Source: an uncultured Verrucomicrobiales bacterium | GTDB lineage: Bacteria; Verrucomicrobiota; Verrucomicrobiia; Verrucomicrobiales; DEV007 | DNA: 64,000 nt | Reading direction: 5' to 3' | Assembly (NCBI GenBank): GCA_938091905.1 | Contig: CALKOM010000006.1 | Span: 44,009-108,008, forward strand | Made by a program: the position numbers and the translations under genes | Notes under the pieces: generated by a model | What the model was told of the DNA's origin: nothing | The model's database searches: none | What the model saw: only the letters and a program-made list of their open reading frames with translations | Part shown: in pieces, positions 41,942 to 53,200 of the stretch | Position numbering within the stretch: the first letter of the stretch is position 1 | Layout of the letters: the number at the start of each line of letters is the position of its first letter

Positions 41942-42868
41942 ATGCCGGAGTTTCGCCCTCACCTTTCTGACTGGGAACCATGTCCCTATCTGCCAGTGCC
42001 GCACGAGCCGCTCACGCACCTTGTCATGGCACCCTTTGGCAAAGGCCGTGGCGAGGACTTTTATGAAACGGCGCTGACCTATGCGGGGTCGCTGTGGTTG
42101 CAGGGCTTGCCAGCTCGTAGTCTGCTGTTGATCAATCGGGCGCTCGGTGCGGATCTCACGGGCGATGAATCCATCCTTGAGACGTGGCCACTGCCTTATG
42201 CGGCCGTGCGTTGGATCTTGGAAAATCGCGTCGACGACGAGGCTCATTTCATTGGTAATCCGCGACGTCACTATCAGCATCTAGCCACACGCATGGTGCC
42301 TCCACGCAAAACACAACGCAGTTGGCGTGCGTGGGCGTGTTGGTATCTCTCGGTGCAAGTGCTCCCGTCCGAAGATTATCCGGCCGACGAACTCCAGATT
42401 CGCAATGAGGGTGTTGTCGAACCGACACCGGCACAGATTGGTGAGGCGTTGGAGTCTCATGGCATTTCGGGAGAACGAGTACTTTGGGAACGTGTCTCTA
42501 ACAAGACCGAAACCGTGGTTGTGCTTGGTGCGAGTGATCGGCCGGAGCGCTATGCGCACAAGGCGATCCTTCAGCTGATGGATCATGGGCTCCAGGTTAT
42601 TCCCGTACATCCGCGATTGAAAGAAGTGGCGGGTTTGTCGGTAATGGCAACGCTAGACACCGTGGAAGCTCCGGTGGACACGGTGACGTTGTATGTAAAT
42701 CCGAAGATCTCGGAGCCGATGGCGAATGCCCTTGTCGCGCTCAAACCACGGCGCGTGATCTTCAATCCTGGGACCGAGTCAGCTGAGCTCTCTGCGCGAT
42801 TGCAACAAGCTGGCATCGCGACCGAGGATGCGTGCACCTTGGTCCTGCTAGCAACGGGCCAGTATTAG
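41942..42868 (+). CDS. Hypothetical N-terminal domain fused to a CoA-binding (YccU-like) domain
   Basis: C-terminal VVVLGASDRPERYAHKA...PVHP...VDTVTLYV...RVIFNPGTE...ACTLVLL. Confidence 0.8.
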   Translation: MPEFRPHLSDWEPCPYLPVPHEPLTHLVMAPFGKGRGEDFYETALTYAGSLWLQGLPARSLLLINRALGADLTGDESILETWPLPYAAVRWILENRVDDEAHFIGNPRRHYQHLATRMVPPRKTQRSWRAWACWYLSVQVLPSEDYPADELQIRNEGVVEPTPAQIGEALESHGISGERVLWERVSNKTETVVVLGASDRPERYAHKAILQLMDHGLQVIPVHPRLKEVAGLSVMATLDTVEAPVDTVTLYVNPKISEPMANALVALKPRRVIFNPGTESAELSARLQQAGIATEDACTLVLLATGQY

Positions 42869-42922
42869 TAGCCGCGATCTTCATAGACGCACCCGCAGAA
42901 GATTGGCAGGGTTGGATGGACC

Positions 42923-45589
42923 ATGCCAAGTGTTTTCAGACGCACTCTTCTTTGTCTTTGCTGGTGGCCCCTCCTTGCATCAGCGCAGGACGCCTTTCCT
43001 GACCGAGAGAGCTTTGTCGCGCATCCGCGCAAAGTGGAGCAGGTGCCGATGGACGCCTTTATGTTTGGCGAGGAGTTTGCCGATGACTTGAAGATGGAGG
43101 TGTGGGCGCAATCGCCCATGATTTATTCACCCGTGGCCATGGACGTGGATGCCCAGGGGCGACTTTGGGTGACAGAAGGAATTGACTACAATGTTAATAA
43201 GCGCATCGCGACAGGACAATCGATCATGGTGCTGAGCGATACGGATCACGATGGCAAGGCGGATGAATCGCATATCTTCGTGACGGACCAGGATGTCAGA
43301 CATGCGCCCCTCGGCATTGCGGTGTTTGATAACAGGATCGTCCTGTCATCGACACCAGACCTGATTATTTACACAGATGTGGATCGGAATGCTGTCTTTG
43401 ATCCGAATGTCGACAAACGAGAAGTCTTTCTAACGGGTTTCAAGAACACCCGCCATGATCACACACTCCATGCCGTGGTGGGTTCGCCGACCGGGGAATG
43501 GTACTTCAGCTATGGGAACTGCGGTGCGGATATTCATACAAGAGATGGGCGCCAATTCCTCTCAGGCTGCTACTACGGATTCCCTGAAGCTATTGGTAAG
43601 CCGAGTTCAGATGGGCATGTCTATGTGGGTGGCGTGGCCATGCGCATCCAGCCGGACGGAACAGGCCTTCATCCGGTGGGGCACAACCTGCGTAACACGC
43701 ACGATATGTTTGTAACATCGCTAGGCGATGTGTTGCAGAGCGACAATGACGACCCTGCCCATTGTCGGTCTACGTGGTTGATGGAGCATGGCAATATGGG
43801 CTATGCGGACCTGCGAGACGGGAGCCGTTCTTGGGAAGAAGTTTCCAAGAGCTGGGACGAGCCCCAGGGCTGGCATCGTGATCTACGATTCTCTCGCTCG
43901 CACTGGCGGGAGAATTATCCTGGTGCGTTGCCTCCGGGCTCCGTATACGGGGCGGGTTCACCTACGGGAAATGTGTTCATCGAAGGAGATGAGTTGGGAA
44001 AGAACAATCGAGGTGTCTATCTTGTCTGCGACATGATGCGCAAGGAAGTCATGGCTTGTCGGCCTACAGCGAAGGACGCCCAGATCGAGATGGGCAAGCA
44101 TCGTCCGTTTCTCACTCTGAAGTCGGACTCGAAAGGTGAGAACTTTCTCCCCACAGATGTGGTGATAGGGCCAGACGGCGCGCTTTATGTGAGTGATTTC
44201 TTTAACGATACCAGTCGGCGGACCAATCAGTTGTCTGGCACGATTTATCGAATCACTCACCGGGACTCGAAAGCGAGTAAGCCGCCAGTCATCGATTTCG
44301 AATCCAATGAGGGACTGTTAACGGCGCTGAAGAATCCTGCTGTGAATGTACGTGCGGAAGCGGTAAGGCGTTTGATGAAATCTGGAGGGGTGAACTTGGC
44401 TAAGCTGAAGGCCTTCTTTGAGAACGAGCAGAATCCGTATCTACGCATGCGTTCCCTGTGGATCTTGGCCCATTTGAACCAAGCTTATGTAAGGCAGTCG
44501 CTAGAGTCCGAGGATGAATCGGAGCGGCTGGTCGCTTTCCGCGCTTTGCGAAGAGCAGATCCAAGATGCGTCCTCGGGATGGTAAATACGCTTCACCGTG
44601 ACCCGGCTCCGAGCATTCGCCGAGAAGTTGCTATTGCCCTTCGTGATTATCCATTGGAGTCGTGTGAGGCCGTACTGCCCGATCTGATCAAGGGCTATGA
44701 TGGGAAGAATCGTTGGTATCTCGAGGCGCTTGGTATCGCGGCGACAAAGAAAGAAGGACCGATCTACAAGAAATGGGTTCGCCCGGGTTTAAATGAAGTT
44801 CCCTATGGGGACTGGGACATGCGAGCGAAGAACCTGGCTTGGCGGTTCCACACACCGGAGGCGATTGAGGATATTTTTGCAGTGATCCTAGCACAGAAGC
44901 CAAGTCTTGAGGAGTTTCGCCATTTGGCGATGGCCTTTGCCAGTTTCCGCAGTGATGCGGAACGTCGCGATCGTGCAGCCAAGCTGAGTGAACTCTCCAC
45001 CTTGAAAGGCTTTGCTGACGAGGGCTATCAAATCACGATCGATGAGATTCTGAGACGCGATCTGAATGACCTGAAAGGGGAGTATGTGAGGAGTAGCATC
45101 ATCGTGCCCACTTCTTTCGGAATTGAAACGACTTTGTCAGACATCGAGGTCATTGCAACTCTGGAAGGCGATGCGGTGCGCGGTAAGGTGAAGACACAGG
45201 CCTGCCTTGCCTGTCACAAAGTTCAGGGGGTGGGTGTGGTGTTTGGTCCTGACTTGTCGCATTGGGGCTCTACCCGGACCATTCCAGAGATTCTTAAAGA
45301 GATCATTGACCCCTCAGCTAAGCTTGCGCACGGCTACGACAAGCCGGTGCGGCTGATCAAAGGTGAACATGTGATGGAAGGCCAGCTTTCGAATTTCAGT
45401 TGGCATGCCGGTTCGTTGAAATTGAAAGTATACGGTGGTCAAACGAAGAAGATCCTCTTTCGCAAGTCGGGTGCGAAGGTCGAGCGCCTGGAGAATCACT
45501 CGTGGATGCCACCTGCATCCTCTATGGGGTTAACGGATCAAGACGTGCGTGACGTGGCCGAGTATTTGAAGACACTAGGGGGATCATGA
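42923..45589 (+). CDS. PVC-type membrane-bound dehydrogenase-like protein with HEAT-like repeats and CxxCH cytochrome c
   Basis: PVAMDVDAQGRLWV, DTDHDGKAD, DHTLH, SDNDD, CLACHKV...FGPDLS...MP. Confidence 0.9.
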   Translation: MPSVFRRTLLCLCWWPLLASAQDAFPDRESFVAHPRKVEQVPMDAFMFGEEFADDLKMEVWAQSPMIYSPVAMDVDAQGRLWVTEGIDYNVNKRIATGQSIMVLSDTDHDGKADESHIFVTDQDVRHAPLGIAVFDNRIVLSSTPDLIIYTDVDRNAVFDPNVDKREVFLTGFKNTRHDHTLHAVVGSPTGEWYFSYGNCGADIHTRDGRQFLSGCYYGFPEAIGKPSSDGHVYVGGVAMRIQPDGTGLHPVGHNLRNTHDMFVTSLGDVLQSDNDDPAHCRSTWLMEHGNMGYADLRDGSRSWEEVSKSWDEPQGWHRDLRFSRSHWRENYPGALPPGSVYGAGSPTGNVFIEGDELGKNNRGVYLVCDMMRKEVMACRPTAKDAQIEMGKHRPFLTLKSDSKGENFLPTDVVIGPDGALYVSDFFNDTSRRTNQLSGTIYRITHRDSKASKPPVIDFESNEGLLTALKNPAVNVRAEAVRRLMKSGGVNLAKLKAFFENEQNPYLRMRSLWILAHLNQAYVRQSLESEDESERLVAFRALRRADPRCVLGMVNTLHRDPAPSIRREVAIALRDYPLESCEAVLPDLIKGYDGKNRWYLEALGIAATKKEGPIYKKWVRPGLNEVPYGDWDMRAKNLAWRFHTPEAIEDIFAVILAQKPSLEEFRHLAMAFASFRSDAERRDRAAKLSELSTLKGFADEGYQITIDEILRRDLNDLKGEYVRSSIIVPTSFGIETTLSDIEVIATLEGDAVRGKVKTQACLACHKVQGVGVVFGPDLSHWGSTRTIPEILKEIIDPSAKLAHGYDKPVRLIKGEHVMEGQLSNFSWHAGSLKLKVYGGQTKKILFRKSGAKVERLENHSWMPPASSMGLTDQDVRDVAEYLKTLGGS

Positions 45590-46446
45590 GCCTGGAGGTG
45601 GTTGAGCTAAAATTGGAATTGCTGCGGTCCTGGTATCGCAGTCGCCCCAGCGATGCCTACAAGAATCAAGCGGGTCATGTGGCCATATTCGCCGGTTCGT
45701 TAGGCTTCACTGGCGCCGCAGAACTGACAGCCGAGGCGGCATTGAGTGGCGGTGCTGGGCTGGTCTCATTGTATGTAGAGTCTAGCATCCATACGATTGT
45801 TGCGATGCGATGTCCTCCCGAGATCATGGTCCATCCGTTGCCACCGACTATGACAGCGGAAACCCTGTCTGATCTGAGTGCGGATGTCTTTGCTTTTGGC
45901 CCTGGGATCGGAAATTCCCCAGACGAGGCATTCTTGGATTGGTTACAGAGTGAGACCCGACCCATCGTTGTGGATGCTGATGGCCTCAATCTGATGGCCC
46001 GTCACTTGGATAAGCGATTGTCCATCGCCCAAGCAGGGCCACGTGTATTGACTCCGCATCCCGGTGAGTTTGCCAGGCTCTTTCCAAAGGAAACGACGTT
46101 GCCCACGCGACGTGAGCGTGCGGAAGCAGTCGCCCAGGCGTTTCCCCTAACGCTGCTTTACAAGGGAGAGAAGACACTGATTGCTCAGCAAGGGGGGGCT
46201 GTGTATCGAAACACGACGGGAAACCCTGGCATGGCCACAGGAGGGATGGGAGATGTGCTTACGGGCATCATCGTGGCCTTGGTGGCGCAGGGTTATGCGT
46301 CGGAGCACGCGGCTTGCCTGGGCGCCTGGCTGGCTGGGCGTGCGGCTGATCACGCCATTGAATCTGGTGTGGCGACCCATGAGACCCTTCGTCCCACGAC
46401 GGTGATACTGCATCTTGCCGGTGCATTCCGGGAGATTAACGGCTGA
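45586..46446 (+). CDS. nnrD: NAD(P)H-hydrate dehydratase (dehydratase domain only)
   Basis: AGSLGFTGAA, GPGIG, VVDADGLN, LTPHPGEF, GNPGMATGGMGDVLTG. Confidence 0.92.
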   Translation: MSLEVVELKLELLRSWYRSRPSDAYKNQAGHVAIFAGSLGFTGAAELTAEAALSGGAGLVSLYVESSIHTIVAMRCPPEIMVHPLPPTMTAETLSDLSADVFAFGPGIGNSPDEAFLDWLQSETRPIVVDADGLNLMARHLDKRLSIAQAGPRVLTPHPGEFARLFPKETTLPTRRERAEAVAQAFPLTLLYKGEKTLIAQQGGAVYRNTTGNPGMATGGMGDVLTGIIVALVAQGYASEHAACLGAWLAGRAADHAIESGVATHETLRPTTVILHLAGAFREING

Positions 46447-46570
46447 AGAGAATTCGATATTACTTTGTTAAGCCGCCATTTTCGCGAGCGAAAGGATTGT
46501 CTCGGACAGAATTGCAGAATTTGTAAAATTAACAGAAGATAAAGAATGATCAATGAATCTATCATTAGAG

Positions 46571-46981
46571 CTATTTCAGTTTCTGGCCAACAAAGTATTT
46601 AGGTGTTGTGATGGGGTTGTCTTGAAAACTTACCGGCTCAGTGGCCGGTTTCGCCGGAGGCGGTTGAATCGGTGGATCAGCTTGGGAATAGCGAGCCACC
46701 ATCCAGAGTACGACGAGTGCGAACACAAGGTATGCCAATGGAAGAATGCCAGTGAAGAAGAGACCCTTGCTGGGTTCGTTCCGAAATCAGATGGCCGCTA
46801 CGAGTGCATAGAGGCCAACGAGCAATGCTAGAATTGCACAGAGCAAGAAGAATCCCAACGCTGCAATGCCTGCATCGATTCTTGTCTTGTCTTTCGCGGC
46901 CCAACGAGGTCCGACCACTCCTGCGGTTGTGAATACTCCGGACAGCGTGACGGAAAACAGAATGTGAAGTCGTCGATTCAT
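46571..46981 (-). pseudogene. Small membrane protein interrupted by an in-frame TGA (46787-46789)
   Basis: Frame continues past TGA as FRNEPSKGLFFTGILPLAYLVFALVVLWMVARY plus a Pro-rich tail to TAG at 46571. Confidence 0.5.
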
Positions 46982-47035
46982 TGCATTTAGGGAAGTGTGG
47001 TGTTAGCCTGGGCCTGCCACATTTGCCCAAGAAAC

Positions 47036-47734
47036 TTATGAGGTCTCTTCCAACGGCTCATAGCGGTAGCCTTTGCCGCGCACATTCTGGATGAGTTGAG
47101 CGTAGTTCCCTAATTTCTCTCGCAAACGCATCAAGTGCGTGTCGAGCGTCCGGCTGGTGGCGTTGCCTTTACCCCAGACTTTCTCAAACAGAGTCTCACG
47201 AGCGACCATATCGCCAGCTTGCTCGATGAGGAGAGCGAGGAGTTTGAATTCGGTTGAGGTGAGATTGACGAGTTCGCCGTCCAAGTAGCAGCGCAGCGCA
47301 CTGCGGTCCAAGAAGAAGTCGCCGGATTCCAAAGTCGTTTCGATGCCAGTCTCTGGTAGCCACTTGAGTAAAGCTTGCACGCGAAGGACAAGTTCCTTGG
47401 GGCTGAAGGGCTTGGTGACGTAGTCATCTACACCTGCTTTGAGACCAGCGATGCGGTCACTCACTTCCGCTTTCGCTGTGACCATGATGACCGGAATTTC
47501 TTTTGTCCGAGAGTCTTGTTTAAGGCCATCAAACACTTGGAATCCGTGCATGCCAGGTAGCATGAGGTCGAGAACGATTGCGCTGGGGCGATCATGCTGA
47601 GCGAGCTTCAGACCATCCCTGCCGTTATACGCTTTGAGTGTACGAAGTCCTGCCTTTTCAAGATTAAAACAGACAAGGTCTACCACGTCGATCTCGTCGT
47701 CGATTACTAAGACGGTATGTTGAGCAGTATCCAT
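47036..47734 (-). CDS. OmpR/PhoB family response regulator
   Basis: VIDDE, LDLMLPG, GVDDYVTKPFSP, LTSTEFKLL, RTLDTHLMRLREKL, VRGKGY. Confidence 0.95.
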   Translation of the reverse strand: MDTAQHTVLVIDDEIDVVDLVCFNLEKAGLRTLKAYNGRDGLKLAQHDRPSAIVLDLMLPGMHGFQVFDGLKQDSRTKEIPVIMVTAKAEVSDRIAGLKAGVDDYVTKPFSPKELVLRVQALLKWLPETGIETTLESGDFFLDRSALRCYLDGELVNLTSTEFKLLALLIEQAGDMVARETLFEKVWGKGNATSRTLDTHLMRLREKLGNYAQLIQNVRGKGYRYEPLEETS

Positions 47735-47776
47735 TGGGAGTGGCGCGGGCAATCTCGCTTAAAATGGTGCGTAAAT

Positions 47777-48544
47777 TCAACGAACAAGGCGAGTGCCATT
47801 TGGGCGGAATCGCTGAAAGAGAGGGCGAAATCTTGATGAGCGACGGAGGAAACCGTCTTGGAGGCAGAGCTCGTGCATGGAACTCGGTGCGATGAGGTGC
47901 CGATCCTTTCCTGAGTCCATTCGTTTCTTGTAGTAGTGTGCAAACTTGTCGGTGTCGACCGTGAGGCGTCCTGTTGCATCGAAGCGCAATTCACTGATGC
48001 GTTGTGATGGGGCAACGGCGGTTTGCATGAGCCAGAAATGAGTTGGTGCAATGACGGGGCGGCCTAGCGTGTTTGCTAAATCAGCAGCTAAGTTGTCGTC
48101 GCCTTCTCCTGTCAGACAGCTGTAAAGAATCACGGGTGCGCCTGGCTGGAGTGCCTTTCCAATGCCCTCACAGACAGACGAAACGTTCCGCTGGTGAAGA
48201 TTGGGCCCGCTTCCGAGGTGGAGTTTGTTAGGCTTCCCATGGAAGGCGAGGATGAGGCCGGCTAGCGGTCCAGTGGTACGTTTCGTGTCCTGAACGGTGT
48301 TTCGTAGTTCAGCGAGATCAGTGATCCGATGGTAGCTTGCTTGGATTCCAGGAAGCTGAGCGAAGTTATTGGCGAGGGTCGTCTCAAGGCTGTCGAAACT
48401 ACCCATTGGGTCGTGCTGGGCGATAAGGATGAGGACACTCTGAGTCCCTCCTCGGATGGTTGTGGTGGGGGTGTGTTGGCACCCACTAGCCAAACACAGG
48501 CTGAGCATTCCTAAGAAGAGATACGTGCGAAGCCGGGAGGTCAT
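47777..48544 (-). CDS. Hypothetical lipoprotein with a possible caspase-fold His/Cys dyad
   Basis: LASGC lipobox; ILAFHG...ILYSCLTG. Confidence 0.6.
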   Translation of the reverse strand: MTSRLRTYLFLGMLSLCLASGCQHTPTTTIRGGTQSVLILIAQHDPMGSFDSLETTLANNFAQLPGIQASYHRITDLAELRNTVQDTKRTTGPLAGLILAFHGKPNKLHLGSGPNLHQRNVSSVCEGIGKALQPGAPVILYSCLTGEGDDNLAADLANTLGRPVIAPTHFWLMQTAVAPSQRISELRFDATGRLTVDTDKFAHYYKKRMDSGKDRHLIAPSSMHELCLQDGFLRRSSRFRPLFQRFRPNGTRLVR

Positions 48545-48615
48545 GCCAGAAACACAACGGGCGCAGCATCTCTGCTGCGCCCGTCGATTCACTTAATCAG
48601 GATGGAATAATAATC

Positions 48616-49908
48616 TTAGAACTCGAGGCGGATGGCACCGAATCCGGTGACGGTGTCGATGCTGTCGCGACTACCGCTGATGTCGTCGAGCTCAGCATAC
48701 TCGACGCCAAACATAAACTTGAGGCTCTTATTGATGTAGTAGTTCACGCCACCATAGAGAGCCCAGTAGTCTTCACCCCGAGTGCTTCCTGCCGAGCTAA
48801 CACCAGGATCCGAGGCAACGACGCGACGTGCGTAGCGGCTTTGGTGCCGGACTGATCCTCCGCCATCGGCTTCCATGTTCTCGTACCGGAGCACGGCCTC
48901 AAGCTTGTCCGTCAGCATCACGCTCGGCATGAGGTAGAATCCGTCGATCTCGCCACCATTGAAGAGCTCGGCGTGAACATACTCAGCCAAGAAGCTGAAA
49001 CGACCGGTTGCTAGAGAGACGCTGGCTGCCCATGCGCTCTCCGGGCCAAACTTCTGGTCGATCCCGTCATCGTCAGCATTGTCAATGTAGTCTAGACGGA
49101 ACGCCAACTGATCGAGGCCAACTTGCTCTGAGAAATCAAGGCCAACACTAGCATTTAGTAGATACTCGGGAACGCCTTCGTTTCCACGATTGGTAAGCTC
49201 TGAGCTGCGTTGGTCCCCACTCTCACCGTTGTAGGCACCGAGTTGGTAATCGAAGATGCCATAATCACCTGCGAAACTGATACCCGTGATCTTACCCGGA
49301 TCAAAGGAGTTCGAAATATTCGAACGTTCGACCGTCTTGATCTTAGAAGACGACGTGTTGAGCTCTGCTCCGAAGCGAGGGCGAAGGTGCTCGAAGGTGA
49401 TCGTAGTCCAATCGAGCCCGTTGTAACGCAAATAAGCGTCCTCCAGAAGGGTGGAGGAATCGGTCGTCTGGATGTTTCCAACGAGTTCGAAGCTCCAATC
49501 GTCAAGAATCTTGCCGGAAACGCCAAGACGCAAGCGGCGCCACTCTTGCGTTGAGAAGTCAGAGTATTCGTCAGCAGATGCATAGCCGAATTGGTAATGC
49601 ATGCGGCCACGCACCTTCAGCTCGGTCACCGCCGATTGCTTTGGGGTCACGAAGACCTCGTCGCGATCCACAGGATCTGCCATGGGCTCTGGCTCAGGCA
49701 CATACTCACCAGCCACGAAGTCGGTCGGGCGTTGTGCTCTGTTTGCCTTCTCGGCGCTCAGTTCTTGACGGAGAATCGAGAGTTCGTGTTCGAGCGCACG
49801 AAGGCGTGCGTCTGTCGCTGGCTCGTTGGCTTGCAACGAAAGAGCGGTTCCTAGCGTCAGGCAAACTGCCGACGCGCTGAGTAGGTGCTTCTTTGAAGTC
49901 AGGTTCAT
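48616..49908 (-). CDS. OprO/OprP-like (phosphate-selective) porin
   Basis: Signal peptide, N-terminal coiled coil, RRLRLGVSG, LEDAY, TSSSKIKTVERS, GVNYY, terminal Phe. Confidence 0.8.
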   Translation of the reverse strand: MNLTSKKHLLSASAVCLTLGTALSLQANEPATDARLRALEHELSILRQELSAEKANRAQRPTDFVAGEYVPEPEPMADPVDRDEVFVTPKQSAVTELKVRGRMHYQFGYASADEYSDFSTQEWRRLRLGVSGKILDDWSFELVGNIQTTDSSTLLEDAYLRYNGLDWTTITFEHLRPRFGAELNTSSSKIKTVERSNISNSFDPGKITGISFAGDYGIFDYQLGAYNGESGDQRSSELTNRGNEGVPEYLLNASVGLDFSEQVGLDQLAFRLDYIDNADDDGIDQKFGPESAWAASVSLATGRFSFLAEYVHAELFNGGEIDGFYLMPSVMLTDKLEAVLRYENMEADGGGSVRHQSRYARRVVASDPGVSSAGSTRGEDYWALYGGVNYYINKSLKFMFGVEYAELDDISGSRDSIDTVTGFGAIRLEF

Positions 49909-49982
49909 AGGTTATCTTACGGATTGATCAGATAAGGGAGCGATTAAGAAGGGGTAACGTGACGATGTCGACATGTTTCTAT

Positions 49983-49999
49983 GTGACATTTCCGTGATA
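49983..49999. promoter_or_regulatory. Pho-box-like direct repeat between porin and TBDR
   Basis: GTGACA-TTTCC-GTGATA with 11-bp period (reverse complement TATCAC-N5-TGTCAC). Confidence 0.5.
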
Positions 50000-50219
50000 C
50001 AACTGACCTAAAACTGTTAGAGTCAATGCGTTGAGGCAGATCCGTCGGCGTGGTAGAGCTCTCATGCGGGGGCCGTCGGTGCAGGGGGTGGTGAATTTGG
50101 TCGTGCTGACAGCATGATGGCTCGCTGCGGGAGGCGCCAGCGTAGAGTCTTATGTGACAAGATCTTTGCCGAAGGCGCGTTTCTCATAGTTGCCGCCAAA
50201 CGCATACGTTGGGGATTCT

Positions 50220-53200
50220 ATGACCGGGAACCCCTTTCACCTGCGCCGCTACCTTTTACTGGTCCTCCTTGTGAGCTTCTCGGGGCTTTTCGCGCAGGAG
50301 GAAATTGAGCCCGTTGCTGCGGTTGCGGACGAGGTGGATCTCTATGCGGAGCAACTGGCCAAGCCCATCGAGTCGACAAAGGGTCGCTTTGTCGGCAAGG
50401 CCTACGATGCGAAGTCGGGCAAGCCGCTTGTAGGGGTGGGCATTCAGATTGAAGACACGGGGGCCTTCACCATCACGGACGACAAGGGGCGGTTCATTAT
50501 CGATGCCGTCGAGCCTGGCACCTACACCATTGTCATTAGTCAAGGCGGTTACGAGCCCGTGCGGGCCGAAGAGGTACTGATCAAGTCTGGTCAGGTGAGC
50601 AACTTGGCCAGTGCCACGGGTGCGCTTGAGCGGGCACCTATTGAGACCAGTGACGAGATCTATGAGATGGAAGAGATCGAAGTCGTTTCGGAGCTGGTGG
50701 AGGAAGGTGCCGAAAGTCTCCTCTTTGATCGGAAAGAGTTAGAACAACTCATCACGTCGATGGGAAAAGAAGAGTTCTCGAAGGTTGGGGCGGGCGACGT
50801 GATCTCTGCGGTGGGGCGCATGGCGGGAGCTAATGTGCTCGATGGGAAATACGCAGTCATTCGTGGTCTCGCTGATCGCTATTCGCAGACGACTTTGAAC
50901 GGAGCGCTCATTCCAAGTGGTGACCCTTCCAAGAAGGCTGTCCAATTGGACTTGATTGCTACGTATTTGTTAGAAGAATTGCGGACCTACAAGACAGCGT
51001 CTCCTGATCTCACAGGCGAGTTTGCCGGTGGACTCGTCGATATTCGTACACTGAAGTTTCCTGAAGAATTGCTGCTAAGTTTCAGTGTGAGTACAGAGTT
51101 TGATTCAGAAGCGACGAAGGAAGAGTTCTTCAAGAACCCGGATAGAAAGATGGATTTTCTCGGCAGAGTAAGTGATAGTCTTCCCGAAGTCAGTGGCATT
51201 CTCGATTTTCCCCGGGGTGTGACGCGAAGCCGGACGCCGCCAAGCGCGGCGCAGTTGAAGGCCCAGACAGAGTGGAGGGCCATCCACAATTCGGGTTCAC
51301 TCTTGCCGGACTCGAGCCATGCTGCACCGAACACGAGCTTTAGCTTTGGAGTGGGCAATAGCATTGAATTGAGCAACGGGACGCTTGGGGTCGTCCTCGC
51401 TTTCGACCAAGGTCACAGTTACAGCACCAAGATTGCCCGTGAAGTGAATCGCGGTTCGTTCAGTACGGGTCAGTTTGGTCCGAGGCAGAGTCAGCTTCAG
51501 AATGTCTTTGATGAGAATATTGATTGGGGTGGGCTAGGAACGTTGGCCTATCAGAGCAAGGACGAGAACCACTTCATGGGGCTCACTTTAATGACCAATA
51601 ATTCCGCGACTGACAATGTTACGCAAGGGCGGCGGGTGCTTGACCAAGAGGACGGTCAGTTTGTCGATTCAAACGGCAATGATATCTTGCGTATTGGTGA
51701 CTATCTTGGGGCTGATGGTCAGATTTATCGTGCCTATGATGAGATCGGCTACATGCAGCGCTCTCTCGATGTGGCCCAGCTTTCAGGGAACCACAAGTTC
51801 ACCGAACTCAAGGATCTTGAGATGAACTATATCCTCAGCCTAGCAAATGCTGAGGAGGACCGTCCGGACCAGCGCTTCTACCGTAGTTATCAGATTGACT
51901 ATCTTGATCCGTCTTTGGGGACGCTCTTCACGCAAACGAATCTGATTCCTGAGGTGAATGAGAAGAGTTCTTACCGTACTTATGCCAATACGGCGGAATC
52001 CGCGTTCTTTGGTCAAGCTGGCTTTGTCTATCCTGTCTGGCGGAATGACAACGAAGACGCCTTCAAGTTGAAATTTGGAAGCTCTCGCTTCGACAAAGAG
52101 CGCCAAGTGCGAGGACGTCTCTTTGTTTATGACCGCACGAGTTCCATCCGCCGGGACATCAATGAGAATGATGAATTGGGGCTCGAGTTTCATGAGGACT
52201 TTGCAACGAGCGGTGACTCGATCAATGGCACGGGGCTCAATCGTCGGGGCGATGGCGTCTTCATTCGCGACCTCACGGCGGGTGGGGGAGAGGTTCGAAA
52301 TGTGGATGCATTTTCTGAAACGAACTCGCACTACTTTGCCGGAAACTTTAAGATGGGAGGAACGCGTCTAAACGGGGGTATCCGTTATGAGGAAGAACTT
52401 CGTGGCTACGATATCCTCGCCAATTTGAATGATCCCAATATCGTAGGCTCAGATGAGCAGAAGGAGGCGTATCTCCTTCCATCGCTCTCGCTTGACCACA
52501 CGTGGGGAGGAGACGACGAATTCAAGTTTCGCATCTCTTATGGGCGCACGGTCGCGCGGCCGACGTTCTACGAGTTTGCACCGGTCAAGACGATCGACCA
52601 GAAGACCGGACTCCAGATCAATGGTAATCAGGAACTCGAAGACACCATTATTGATAACTTTGACATTGGCCTTGAGTGGTACCCGAACCCAGGGGAGCAG
52701 TTCTCTGTCAGTCTTTTCCATAAGGAAATGGAAAGTCCGATCGTGACCACCGTGGGTCTGCAAGATGGCACGACGTTCTTCCGAAGCTGGAGAAACAGTG
52801 AATCGGGAACGATCTCTGGGATTGAATTGGAGATGCGTAAGAAGTTCTGGGACTACTGGACGTTGGGAGCGAACTTTACCTATATTAAAAGTGAGATTGG
52901 TCCGCTGGCAGGGGCTGGGGGAAACACAGGATCGGCGACGGTTTTCGAAGGCCAGCCGGAGTACATTATGAATCTCAACCTGGGTTACGAGAATCCGGAT
53001 TGGGGCTTCTCTGCGAACCTGGTCTATAACTACACGGATGATATTCTCACGGACGTGACATCAAGTAAGTCCATTCCGAATGTCTTTAAAGCGGCGACGC
53101 ACTCCTTGGACTTCTTTATGTCCAAAGAACTCGGCAATGGTTTCAAGCTCAAGATGGGCGTCGAGAATATTCTGGGTGACGACTTCGAGAAATTCTATGA

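Noticed and set aside
41861..42280. 140-aa N-terminal extension of SerRS
   Set aside because: Canonical MLDI start at 41860; the extension overlaps the divergent gene
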